DNA of 64,000 nucleotides, taken from Octopus bimaculoides. Taxonomy: Eukaryota. This document shows, one piece after another, positions 1 through 11,347 of the stretch. Both the position numbers and the translations under genes were made by a program. The notes beneath the pieces were generated by a model that made no database searches, had not been told where the DNA came from, and saw only the letters and a list, made by a program, of their open reading frames with translations. Location: NCBI RefSeq assembly GCF_001194135.2, contig NC_068997.1:38613229-38677228 (forward strand), written 5' to 3'. How positions within the stretch are numbered: the first letter of the stretch is position 1; each line of letters begins with the position of its first letter.

Positions 1-1137
1 CTTGAAAGGAATGAAGCCAGTATGCTCCGCTGGATGTGTAATGTCAGTGTGCATATACGACAGAGTGTAAGCGCCCTGAGAGAAAAGTTGGATTTAAGAA
101 GCATCAGATGTAGTGTGCAAGAGAGATGACTGTGCTGGTATGGTCATGTGTTGCGAATGAATGAGGACAGCTGTGTGAAAAAGTGTCACACCCTAGCAGT
201 AGAGGGAACCTGTGGAAGAGGTAGACCCAGGAAAACCTGGGATGAGATGATGAAGTACGACCTTCAAACATTGGGCCTTACCGAGGCAATGACTAGTGAC
301 CTGGACCTTTGGAGATACGCTGTGCTCGATAAGATCCGACAAGCCAAGTGAGACAATAGTCCATGTCCTATGCCAGTGGGTGTAACCAGCCCATTTATGA
401 ATACTCCTCATTCATTGGACAATAAACCTTGCTTGTGAAGATCTATTGAGGCAAGTGAAATCAAAATCAAAATTGCTGACGAGGCCAACGACAGTACCGC
501 TTGATTGGCACTCGTGCCAGTGGAATGTTAAAGTCACATCCAAACGTGGGGTGTAACTGGGCCACTTATGAGTACCCCTCATTCATTAGACAATGAACTT
601 TGCTTATGAAGACCTATTGAGGCAAGTGTAAACAAACCAAAATCACTGAAGTGGCTGATGACAGTACTGCTTGATTGGCACTTGTGTCAGTGGAACGTTA
701 AGAGCACATCCGAGCGTGATCGTTACTAGGGCCACGGATTGGCTCCTGTGCTGGTGACATGTGAAAAGCACCATTCGAGCATGATCATTGCTAGCGTTGC
801 CTTACCGGCACATGTGCTGGTGGCATGAGAAAAACAACATTTGAGCATGATTGTTGCCAGTGCCGCTGGACTGGCTCCCATGCAGATAACACGTAAAAAC
901 ACCTTTTGAGCGTGAGCGTGTTCGTTGCCAGAACTGCCTCACTGGGCCTTGTGCCAGTGGCACGTAAAAAGCACCCACTACGCTCTTGGAGTGGTTGGCA
1001 TTAGGAAGGGCATCCAGCTGTAGAAACTTTGCCAGAGCAGATTGAACTTGGTGCAGCCTCTGGCTCACCAGTCCTCAGTTAAACCGTCCAGCCCATGCCA
1101 GCATGGAAAGTGGACATTAAACGATGATGATGATGTC
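1..1137 (+). mobile_element. 3' part of an RTE-clade LINE (ORF2 C-terminus, 3'UTR, (GAT)n tail)
   Basis: ORF 148..351 ...WYGHVLRM...GTCGRGRPRKTWDE...; tail ggacattaaacgatgatgatgatg. Confidence 0.9.
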
Positions 1138-1649
1138 TGCAGTGTAACATGATCTCTGTTCTCTTTTGTAATAAATGTATGTCTTGTATAATTCTGATGT
1201 ATTTTTCTATGAACCATTGGGATAAAAGAAAGTTTAAAAGAAAATTAGAATATGTGAAATATATCTCACAAAATAACAAAAGAAGATACATCATCTGGTT
1301 TAACCTTCCTTTTATCATAAGTGTATCATCCAACAGAGTTAGATGTTTCCTGACACTGAAAATAAAAAAAATGATTTTCTTGTCATAAAAGCATTCCTCC
1401 TCAGAACTAACACTTACTGGTGGTATTCCGTCTCCTATATTTTCCTTATGACTGTAAAGACTGTAGAAGCTATTGTACAAGTGTAAACAGAGGTCAAGAA
1501 AAAAATTAACATAAAAAAAAACAATGAGAAATCATAATTATAAGACAATGTAGTCAATTTGGTTCTTCTTCATCCTTTCATCATGAGTTTCAAAAATATG
1601 ATTCTGCTCAAAGGATTCAGTGCTCTTAATGCAAATATCCATCATCAGC

Positions 1650-2900
1650 AACTAAAGCTGTGAAAGGAGTCACAGCTTTGCTAATATAACACATCTCCAG
1701 ATTTTGCTTCAGTGAGTATATCAGTGTAATGGTATTCTAACAGAACACTTACCATGAGCAAGTTAACCATAAAAGAAAGCTTTGGAAATGTAATTGTCTT
1801 GTATCTAAGACATGTGAAAACAGCAGTGAAGTTGACGTCTCATGAGTAGTGTATGGATAACACTGATTTTGCATCAAGATAGGATTTCCATGTTGGACAT
1901 TATGTCCTGCCACTTGATCTTACAGATTTTGCAAAGGCAATGAAGATGGAAAGTGTCTAATTGTCTATTATTCAACATCTACTTCTCATCAATGCTTGAT
2001 TCAGCTTTCAGAGAAACACCAATTGGCTGCAATATACAGCCAACATTTTCATCATTCAACAACTTCATGCAAAACTTAAGATCTTGGAACCACATGAGTT
2101 GCTCTTTGAAGATGATTGTGCTCTTGTTGTTCATACTCTTAAAGATATTCAAAGAATCAGCTGTCACAAAGAACTTTTAGTGGAATTCTGGTTTAAGCAC
2201 CCCATATGACTCCTCATACTTATTTTATTTTTTGGAATTTTCAGAAAATTTTTGTGAATTTCTATTCTACACAAGAATTCATGTGATTATGAATAAAAAA
2301 ATTTTTTTTGTTTTCTTAAACCCTACCCCTCAAATAAATCCTAAAAAGTTCTACTCTTTTTTTAATTATTTAAAAAAATCAGTTTAAAATAGTCTGAATT
2401 TTTTGCTTAAATCCAGCCATGGACCACCCTCGATGCATCATCATTCCATTAAATGTGTTTTTGGGGAGAAAAATATTGAAAAACATCAACATATGTCAGA
2501 TTGATAAAGAAACGAGGAAGGTGTCAGGTGGTTGTGAAATGTGCTAAAAACTAAATTGCCCTTGAGGGATTATATGGGGTGCTTAAACCAGAATTCCATT
2601 GGATTTTGGTCTAACAATCAGCATGAAAAAGACAGAGATCATGAACCACCTTGACCTACTTGTCTCCCAAGTAATCCATAGTGATTGAAAAGTGCAAAAA
2701 ATGGTAGAGGAGTTTACCTAGTATTGCTACTGGCAGGTTTCCAAACTGGCTTTGGAATGATTCATACATCTCACTATTATACATTTTCTTTACAAGTAAA
2801 CATACAGATGTTCCACATGAACATTAACTGCATTAATCTTACTGATCTTTAAGGAGCAATACCTCAGACAATCTATTAATATGTTGCTGAATTCATCTTT
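1650..2900 (+). mobile_element. Old degenerate RTE (BovB-like) reverse transcriptase remnant, split by a MITE
   Basis: LFNIYFSSML, ELLFEDDCALVVHTLKDIQ before the MITE and FGLTISMKKTEIM directly after it. Confidence 0.75.
2181..2598. mobile_element. MITE with perfect 27-bp terminal inverted repeats
   Basis: tggaattctggtttaagcaccccatat at 2181-2207 and its reverse complement at 2572-2598; no clear TSD; a second copy begins near 63681. Confidence 0.85.
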
Positions 2901-4706
2901 CTAAGAATGATTCTTTCCGTCTTCCTATAAAAGTAAACATACCATCAAAGCCAGGCATTAAATATATTTACTCCACTAAAACACTGGTTGTAGTGATGTC
3001 TGAACTTATGATTATGTGGATGCTAATGTAGCACTTTAATCTTACATGCATCTCTCCTAATAAGTTGAATAGATTTATGCTTCAGCTCTAAAAGGATTGT
3101 CTAGTTTATAGTTAGTTATTCAGTTTATAACCAGTAAATTTCCTTGCTTTATTATACATGACAATAATGTATCAGTATATTATTTATACTGCTGAAACTT
3201 GAATCAATCAAACACAATATGCATAAAAAATATTTAAACAGAAAGAAAAGGAATTGAATTAAAATAAGTTTATTATAACCAAATCTTTTCATACAAAAAT
3301 ATCATATAGAAACATTACAATGTTGTAAAGTATAGACTTAACAATTTCATTAATTCTTTTTATTTCAAAACTGAAATTAGTGACTGGTGTACAATAATCC
3401 GTTCTATGCAAAACTCATCTCAAAAAGAATATCTCCACTAGGTAGATATCTACTGCAGCCACAGCATTTCCCAGCACTATTGTCTATAGTTTAAACTGTC
3501 ACAAACATTCCTTCAAGAAGCTATTTTCTTTTTAATCGTTATGACATTGAAAATGATGAACATAACTTTCCATATAAAGCTGAGGTGTCAAACTGAAGAC
3601 AGGTTTTCAGTTTGAATCCAGGCAGTGTTGACATAACTTATTACAATCACAAGAATGTTAATATAAAAATTTTGTTACCAGTCAATATAAAATCATTGTT
3701 ATTAATACAATTATTATTATTATTATTAATATAGAGCATTATCTTCTAAACAATAAATTTTGGTGAAATTAAATCTAAGACAATTTCAATTATAGTTTGA
3801 AAATGCTTCAGTAATGTCCTCAATACCTTAAGTAAAGCATGAGCATCACGACTTACAATAAAAGATCTGTTTGAAACGTTGTAGATGGACTTCAACTTGT
3901 TGGTTAACAGCAGAAATGAGAGAAATGAATGCTTTTTGTGAAATACCTTAGCTGAACATTCAAATTAAAGAAGGCCTAAGAAGAAATGTTAAATAAAACA
4001 GCAAAAGACAGCAGCGTATGTCAAATCATACTGATACAATAATATATAAAACTAAGCCAACCTTACATAAAAGTGGAAAGAAATATGATACTGAGCAATA
4101 ATATATTTCAAAAAGATTACCTGATACGAACATGGTGTTTCAAATTTTGTTAGCAAAACAAAAAAAAAGAAAGTATTCTCTGTAAGATAAGAAACATAGC
4201 AGAATAAAAGATTTCTGGAAGTATGAAGACTTTAAAGGGCCTAATATCACTCCACTCCTATTATAAAATATTTTTTTAAACATAGCAAAATCTCTCAATA
4301 GAAAACAAGTCACATACTCACCGCACTACCATTCTTTTTTTTTATGTTACTTTCACTCTTTCTGTCATACTAAAGAAATGAGGAATTGGTTGTGCTAAGA
4401 AAGAATGAAGATATGATAAAGACAGATTGATTAGGTAGCTGGGAGAGAGACACAGAAATAGCCAGCAGTCAGTCAGTATGTGATCCAGGCAGTTGGTATG
4501 TAGACAAAATGAAACACAAGAAAATGGAGCAAGGCTTGAAGTTGAAAGATTAAGAATTACTAAAAAGGAGACAAAAATAAACCCCATCATTTTTGATGGG
4601 TACTTTGGATGTTTGTAAGAAACAAAAGGACCAACCATGAAACCAGAGTGAGTCATTTTTAAATCTAAATTTTATCAAAAGCTGCAAAGGGTAATAAATA
4701 AATTAC

Positions 4707-5021
4707 GGATCTATTTCAAAACGGGGGCACCAGTTTTCATTTACGTTTTATGTAGTGTTTTTGGTACCGAAAGACTTTCAAATTTCGTATACTTATCTAT
4801 TTTGTGTTATAGAACAGAAAAAAATTNNNNNNNNNNTTGGTTGAAATTACAGAAATACGACAACTTTAACATGGAATAACTTGCGATGTACGTTTTTTTA
4901 TTAAGAAGACTAAGAGTAAAAGATGTTTTATATGACACATTCTACCAGTGTCCCAAGTTTCAAAGTGTTTTGTTAGTGTTTCGTTAAGAAAATACTGGTG
5001 CCCCCGTTTTGAAATAGATCC
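4707..5021. mobile_element. MITE with 28-bp TIRs, GG...CC ends and an 8-bp TSD
   Basis: TIR ggatctatttcaaaacgggggcaccagt (4707-4734 / 4994-5021); TSD taaattac at 4699-4706 and 5022-5029. Confidence 0.92.
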
Positions 5022-6520
5022 TAAATTACAGAATTATGTGGTTATTAAAGATTTGAAGAAACATATAGTAAACAACAACTATAAACTATAGATTATGAAA
5101 CTGCTATGTAATAAACATATTGAATCAGATTTGAAAAAATATTACAAAGTATTGAAAAGAAGACAAAACAAAAGCTATAAGGATACAACCAAAATTCCAA
5201 AGGTTCTAAAGTAAATCTATTTTCAATACAAAATAATATTTCACTATCCTTTTCAAAACTTAATAATCTGTAACTCATCCATGGCTGTAATTTGTTAGTG
5301 TCGTAGAAGAATATCAAAAGAAGTTTATTTTAAAGTATTGAACAAAATAACTCTTAGAGTATTGATTGAAAGAAAATTATTAAAATAATTTGAAAGTGCA
5401 TTAATTTAGGAGTTAAATCGTTTTAAGATGGTACCAGTTATAGAAACATCAATTGAAGTGAAATAAATTACAACTATTGCAAGTTTCAATTATTGTAAAT
5501 AAAATGATTCAAATTATTCTTTCTTTTCCTTATAAAAAAAAAAAAATGTAAAGCTGATCACAGAATATGATTGATTTTAAAATAACCCTAAATCAGAATC
5601 AAACTTTGATAAAAAAAAAATTATCTTAAAAAATTTGGTGAGATGAGTCTTTTTCTTCTTGCCTGTTTTTCAGATGTGACANNNNNNNNNNNNNNNNNNN
5701 NNNNNNNNNNNNNNNNNNNNNNNNNNNNNNNNNNNNNNNNNNNNNNNNNNNNNNNNNNNNNNNNNNNNNNNNNNNNNNNNNNNNNNNNNNNNNNNNNNNN
5801 NNNNNNNNNNNNNNNNNNNNNNNNNNNNNNNNNNNNNNNNNNNNNNNNNNNNNNNNNNNNNNNNNNNNNNNNNNNNNNNNNNNNNNNNNNNNNNNNNNNN
5901 NNNNNNNNNNNNNNNNNNNNNNNNNNNNNNNNNNNNNNNNNNNNNNNNNNNNNNNNNNNNNNNNNNNNNNNNNNNNNNNNNNNNNNNNNNNNNNNNNNNN
6001 NNNNNNNNNNNNNNNNNNNNNNNNNNNNNNNNNNNNNNNNNNNNNNNNNNNNNNNNNNNNNNNNNNNNNNNNNNNNNNNNNNNNNNNNNNNNNNNNNNNN
6101 NNNNNNNNNNNNNNNNNNNNNNNNNNNNNNNNNNNNNNNNNNNNNNNNNNNNNNNNNNNNNNNNNNNNNNNNNNNNNNNNNNNNNNNNNNNNNNNNNNNN
6201 NNNNNNNNNNNNNNNNNNNNNNNNNNNNNNNNNNNNNNNNNNNNNNNNNNNNNNNNNNNNNNNNNNNNNNNNNNNNNNNNNNNNNNNNNNNNNNNNNNNN
6301 NNNNNNNNNNNNNNNNNNNNNNNNNNNNNNNNNNNNNNNNNNNNNNNNNNNNNNNNNNNNNNNNNNNNNNNNNNNNNNNNNNNNNNNNNNNNNNNNNNNN
6401 NNNNNNNNNNNNNNNNNNNNNNNNNNNNNNNNNNNNNNNNNNNNNNNNNNNNNNNNNNNNNNNNNNNNNNNNNNNNNNNNNNNNNNNNNNNNNNNNNNNN
6501 NNNNNNNNNNNNNGTATATA

Positions 6521-6574
<54 letters not shown>

Positions 6575-6597
<23 letters not shown>

Positions 6598-6800
6598 TTG
6601 TGTGTCTGTGTTTGTCTCCCCAACATCGCTTGACAACCAATACTTGTGTGTTTACGTCTCCGTAACTTAGCGGTTTGGCAAAAAGAGACCGATAGAATAA
6701 GTACTAGGGTTACAAAGAATAAGTCCTGGGGTCGATTTGCTCGACTAAAGGCGGTGCTCCAGCATGGCCACAGTCAAATGACTGAAACAAGTAAAAGAGT
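6575..6800 (+). mobile_element. 3' part of an octopus SINE beginning with a (TG)n tract
   Basis: Same motif (cttgacaacc...gatagaataagtact...gctccagcatggccacagtc) recurs at ~34220 and ~37530 (reverse) and ~60840. Confidence 0.75.
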
Positions 6801-6819
6801 ATCCCTGAGGTCATTGCTC

Positions 6820-7260
6820 TTGGTGAATTCAATGAACATAACTACTTCTGACTTTCACTCATTCTACACAGAAGCTGATAGTGAAAAACTTGAATCATTT
6901 GCATTCTGAAGAGTTAGACCGATTAGTACCCACAACTACCCATAGCCATGATAGACAAACCAAATATCCAAACTCGATGCCTCCAACACACTTGATGGGC
7001 GATCCACTGCCCTCAAACAATTTGCTCCAAAATTAGCTGGGTTATTTTCTAGGTGCTTGAGCAGTAAATTTACTTCTATATGCCTGAGTTAATCTGACAA
7101 GAATAGGTACCAAGTTATCTAGGCATGTTATCTCTAACAGACTGGTATTCTATCAAAGGGAATATTTCATCTGCTTAATGCTATAAAAGGAGATAAGAAT
7201 TACAGTATAAAGAGTAGAGTTTGCATCCCAGTATTGCTCATATTCCCACAATAATGCAGA
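6820..7260 (+). mobile_element. Degenerate CR1/L2-type LINE fragment
   Basis: Translates to KLDASNTLDG...LKQFAPKLAGLFSRCL and HPSIAHIPTIM, resembling the RT N-terminal region. Confidence 0.5.
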
Positions 7261-7621
7261 TAAGAAATGAAAGATGAATAATTCAGTTTTTTACAATATT
7301 CATATCAAGTTCTCATGAATGAAAAAGAAATTATGAAATAGCATATACTTGGCCATTTTTTAGGTGATTACTTTAAATCGATAGTACTATCCTAAGTTGA
7401 TGCTACTACAGTAAAGTACATTTCAAAATGTACTTTACTGTAGTAAATTTTTACATTTTTCTCTAGTTTCATCCAAGCCAAGATAAAGAAGTCCACAGAT
7501 ATTAATTCAGATGTAAGCAAACTCAAAAGGAATAAAATTGTGAGGTATTGGAATTAAGCTTATGAAACTTATATTAAAATCATCTTTAAAAAAGTATAAA
7601 TAAATTAACAAACAAACTTAC

Positions 7622-7675
7622 ATTAAATTTCTCCATAATCTTGTTCCGATCCATTTTTATATTTGGAACATTGAT
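7622..7675 (-). CDS. Candidate exon of the same minus-strand gene (INVPNIKMDRNKIMEKFN)
   Basis: tatttatttgtag acceptor, gtaagt donor, 54 nt, phase 0/0; joins the 8980-9053 exon in frame. Confidence 0.55.
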
Positions 7676-7724
7676 CTACAAATAAATACAGAGCCAGAAA
7701 TGTGATATTAATGACAAGCATATA

Positions 7725-7934
7725 CAAGGTGGTTCAAAAGTAGGTTTACAGTTATCATGTACGCACTTTAGATTTCTTTTAAAACATTTTATTACATTTA
7801 AATTTCTATCTTACAATTGACTAAATTAGCATAGAATAATGGTTTCATATTTTTTTATAATTAAGATCTAAACTGTTAGTATATGAATGCAAAAGAGATA
7901 GTTGAATAACTAAGCCTACTTTTGGGCTACCCTA
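7725..7934. mobile_element. Tc1/mariner-type MITE
   Basis: Imperfect TIRs caaggtggttcaaaagtagg / cctacttttgggctaccct, flanked by TA. Confidence 0.6.
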
Positions 7935-8979
7935 TATATATGACATGGGAGATAACAATATCATTAAAAAAATAGACAACTTGATAAACTATCGCCCTAG
8001 ATCAATTCATTGTTTTATCAACTGTTTGGCATAAACATTACTTCCAAAACTTATACATTTCCCACTCTCTCAGATTTATCTATTATGATTTAGCTAAACA
8101 TAAATTATATTACTTGCCAGGAGGATTATTTGTTAAACTCATTTTTTTATTCTGTTTATTATGCTTACTTCTTACATTAGAACAGGCAAAATATTCAGTG
8201 CAATCCTTTTATTACTATATTTCTGTTGAACTACACAACCTTTGTTTCAATTAATTTTGAAAATAATGAAGAATTTAATGAATTAACTGTCATTATTAAG
8301 CAGGTGTTCAGTATGTAAACAGACAAGAAATTCTATTGGAAGGTTTTAAATTGCATCACTTTAAAACAGGAAGTTTACATCAGAGTTTTGAGTGGGTGGG
8401 CAGGTGGATTAATATAAAAAGGGTTACAAACTTTCAAAAGCTTCCCTAATTTTTTTTGTATACTATTAAGAAATTATGAAAATAGGTGCAGGTATAGTCA
8501 TGTAGCTGACTATTTCTCTTGACAAACATACTGTTCCAGGTTCAATTCCACTGTGCAGCACTTAGAGCAAGTGTCCTCTACTCTCAGTAAAGCAATGCAT
8601 TGTGATATTTTGTGAATGGAAACTGTACTGAATATGTGTGTGTATCACCATGGAATGGTAGAGATTGTGTGTCAGTGTGGGATGGTATGTAGAACAAAAA
8701 ATACCTAGTCTACATTTAGTCTCTTTAGGCCCAAAGATTTTGCCTTTTGTTCTCCCCTGGATTGATAAACTAAATACCAGATGAAATACTGGGGTTAATA
8801 TAATCAAGTAAAGCCCTTGAAGGCAGGGCTTACAGCATGATTACAGGCCATTGGCTGAAACCAGTAAAAGAAAATTTATTGTCAAATCCACAGGTATAAC
8901 GAAATTTCTCTCTCATAAATTCTACAATTTTCATAAGTTCAAATGAAACCTAAATAAGAGAATTCTTAGTTTAACTTAC

Positions 8980-9053
8980 TTTAGGGTACTCAGTGTAGTT
9001 ATTTACAATCTTAATTGTAACACCTCCTAAATCTCGAAGCCATCCTGTTCGGC
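8980..9053 (-). CDS. Candidate exon of an unidentified minus-strand gene (xRTGWLRDLGGVTIKIVNNYTEYPK)
   Basis: Strong acceptor ttttttttcag and donor gtaagt; one frame reads open through the donor (phase 1 to 0); unique, non-repeat sequence. Confidence 0.55.
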
Positions 9054-9499
9054 CTGAAAAAAACATCAAAGTTTCAAACATATATTAGGGCATTAACAGA
9101 TGAATATTGAAGATAAAGGAAACAAGAGAACAGAAATAAATAAAAAAAGCTTGATTCCCCCACCGAATGTTTTCAACATCAGAAATAGCCATAATAAGGT
9201 TAATTACAGTGATTAAGGTAAAAATACTAACATTACTTTCTGGCTAAGCAAGCAAGGGAGACAAATCCAAACACTTCTGGTTTTTTAGGCATTATCAGTA
9301 TAATTCACACAGGAGTGTGTAGTTAAGAACTTTATTTTCCAACCACATGATTTTGGGTTCAATCCCACTGCATGACTCCTTGGACAAGTAATTTCTACTA
9401 CATAGCTCTCAAGTGATCCAAGCCTTACGCATAAATTTAGATTTAACCATTAGAAACTGAAAGCAGTCTTTCATCTATCTCTGTATATACACGTATTCA

Positions 9500-9637
9500 T
9501 CATCATCATCGTTTAACGTCCGCTTTCCATGCTAGCATGGGTTGGACGATTTGACTGAGGACTGGTGAAACCGGATGGCAACACCAGGCTCCAGTCTGAT
9601 TTGGCAGAGTTTCTACAGCTGGATGCCCTTCCTAACG
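9500..9637 (-). mobile_element. Young 5'-truncated RTE 3' end followed by a (TA)n tract
   Basis: Near-identical to 10995-11140 (reverse) and 48739-48888. Confidence 0.85.

Positions 9638-9639
<2 letters not shown>

Positions 9640-9702
<63 letters not shown>
9640..9702. repeat. (TA)n microsatellite; similar tracts at ~6515, 16523, 25795, 33210, 33417, 34350, 34760, 45556, 50477 and 56180
   Basis: Read directly; several border N-gaps. Confidence 0.95.
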
Positions 9703-9703
<1 letters not shown>

Positions 9704-10179
9704 TTTGGGTATGGTAGATGAGTTTAGCAAAAATTTAGATTCAGATGAATATGGTACTTAAGTTGAGGCACCAGAATTAAGTATGGTGTTATCCATACAA
9801 TTTCAAAGTAAGGTGATTAAAATCAAAATAAGCAACAAGGATATCCAGAGGTAATGCAGTATGATCGTTTCATGCAACTCTATTTAATTTAACTGCAATC
9901 ATTACATCAATTTAAATGCAGAGCAATCCTCAGTTGCACAAAGACATAGAATCTAATTAAATTAAAACAGATGGACACATTAGTATACTAATGACTCCTG
10001 TTTTAATTTAATTAAATTCTATGTCTTTGTGCAGCCAAGGATTGTTCTGCATTTAAACTGATGTAATGATTGCATTGTTAAATTAAATGGAGTTGCATGA
10101 AATGATCGTACTGCATTACCTCTGGATATCTTTGTTGCTTATTTTGATTGTATATATATGTATATATATATATATGTTA

Positions 10180-11143
10180 GCAAAAACCAAAATCCTAATA
10201 AGTAGGAAGGTAGATAAAACACAAACCCCTTCAGGTAGATGGCCCTGCTCAGTATGCAGCAAAGGAGTAGGTAGTAACTCTATAAGATGTAACCAGTGCA
10301 AGCTATGGACACATAAGAGGTGCAGCAATATCAAAGGCAGATTAACTACAAAGTTAGTTTTTGTATGACGACAGATGTTCAGGTACAACACTGTAAACAA
10401 ACAAGAAACAACTTCTATCTCATTCCAGGGAGAAAAACTAGAGGTAGTTGATAGCTTCCGCTATCTGGGTGACCAAGTTAGTAGTGGGGGTGGGTGCGCT
10501 GAAAGTGTAACTGCTAGAATAAGAATAGCCTGGGCCAAGTTTAGAGAGCTCTTACCTCTGCTGGCGACAAAGGGACTCTCACAAGTAAGATCGTTGCCAG
10601 GGCCCCTGGACTGGCTCTTGTGCGGGTGGCACATAAGATGTACCATCCTGAGCGTGACCATTGCCAGTACCGCCTGACTGGCCTTGTAGGGTTTTCGGGC
10701 GAGATCGTTGCCAGTGCCCCTGGACTGGCTCTTGNNNNNNNNNNNNNNNNNNNNNNNNNNNNNNNNNNNNNNNNNNNNNNNNNNNNNNNNNNNNNNNNNN
10801 NNNNNNNNNNNNNNNNNNNNNNNNNNNNNNNNNNNNNNNNNNNNNNNNNNNNNNNNNNNNNNNNNNNNNNNNNNNNNNNNNNNNNNNNNNNNNNNNNNNN
10901 NNNNNNNNNNNNNNNNNNACATAAAAGACACCATTTCGAGCGTGGCCGTTTTCGTGCGGGTGACACGTAAAAGCACTCTCTACACTCTCTGAGTGGTTGG
11001 CGTTAGGAAGGGCATCCAGCTGTAGAAACTCTGCCAAATTAGATTGGAGCCTGGTGTTGCCATCCGGTTTCACCAGTCCTCAGTCAAATCGTCCAACCCA
11101 TGCTAGCATGGAAAGCGGACGTTAAACGATGATGATGATGATG
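10180..11143 (+). mobile_element. RTE-clade LINE fragment (RT with Cys-rich insert, gap, young 3' end)
   Basis: KTKILIS...GRWPCSVCSKGVGSNSIRCNQCKLWTHKRCS; LEVVDSFRYLGD; (GAT)n tail. Confidence 0.88.
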
Positions 11144-11214
11144 ATATATATATTAGCCATAAGTTTCATAAACTACAAAATATAAATATCCACACTGCCA
11201 CACTTGAAACATAC

Positions 11215-11347
11215 CTGTTATAACTTTTTATCTCGATTTGAATGTATGTGAAGGTATTTAGAATGTCCAAACCTATTTTTGCAAATATGGTATTGTGAGA
11301 TAGTTGTGAGCATCAGTGTCATAAAAGCAGTGTTCTTCATTTCCAAC
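11215..11347 (-). other. Exon-like segment with strong splice sites but no fully open frame
   Basis: ttattttcatgacag acceptor and cag|gtatgt donor. Frame 0 stops at TAG 11275-11273; adding one A to the A5 run would open it. Confidence 0.3.

Noticed and set aside
700-1000. Semi-regular repeated motifs (gtgctggtggca...aaaagcacc) in RTE 3'UTRs, superficially like a repeat-spacer array
   Set aside because: This is an internal tandem region of the RTE 3'UTR, also seen at 10.6 and 47.8 kb, in a eukaryote with no cas genes; it is not CRISPR.
1079-1480. 133-aa minus-strand ORF; its EEECFYD resembles EEHCFYD at 11.3 kb
   Set aside because: Similarity is limited to 13 nt (tgcttttatgaca). The ORF runs into an RTE tail and has AT-biased composition; only sub-segments are kept as exon candidates.
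4122-4180. Exon-like minus-strand segment with cag|gtaatc
   Set aside because: It has a stop in the frame required by the neighbouring candidates and looks equally like an intron 3' end.
5621-6665. Long ORFs in the track at 5.6-6.6, 10.5-11.0, 15.6-16.7, 24.6-25.4, 31.6-32.7 and 50.1-50.4 kb
   Set aside because: They consist of N-gaps (X runs) and (TA)n/(TG)n translations, not coding sequence.
8860-8949. Open minus-strand frame VSFELMKIVEF... after a ttatttag acceptor
   Set aside because: It would need a 30-nt intron after the 8980 exon, which is too short.
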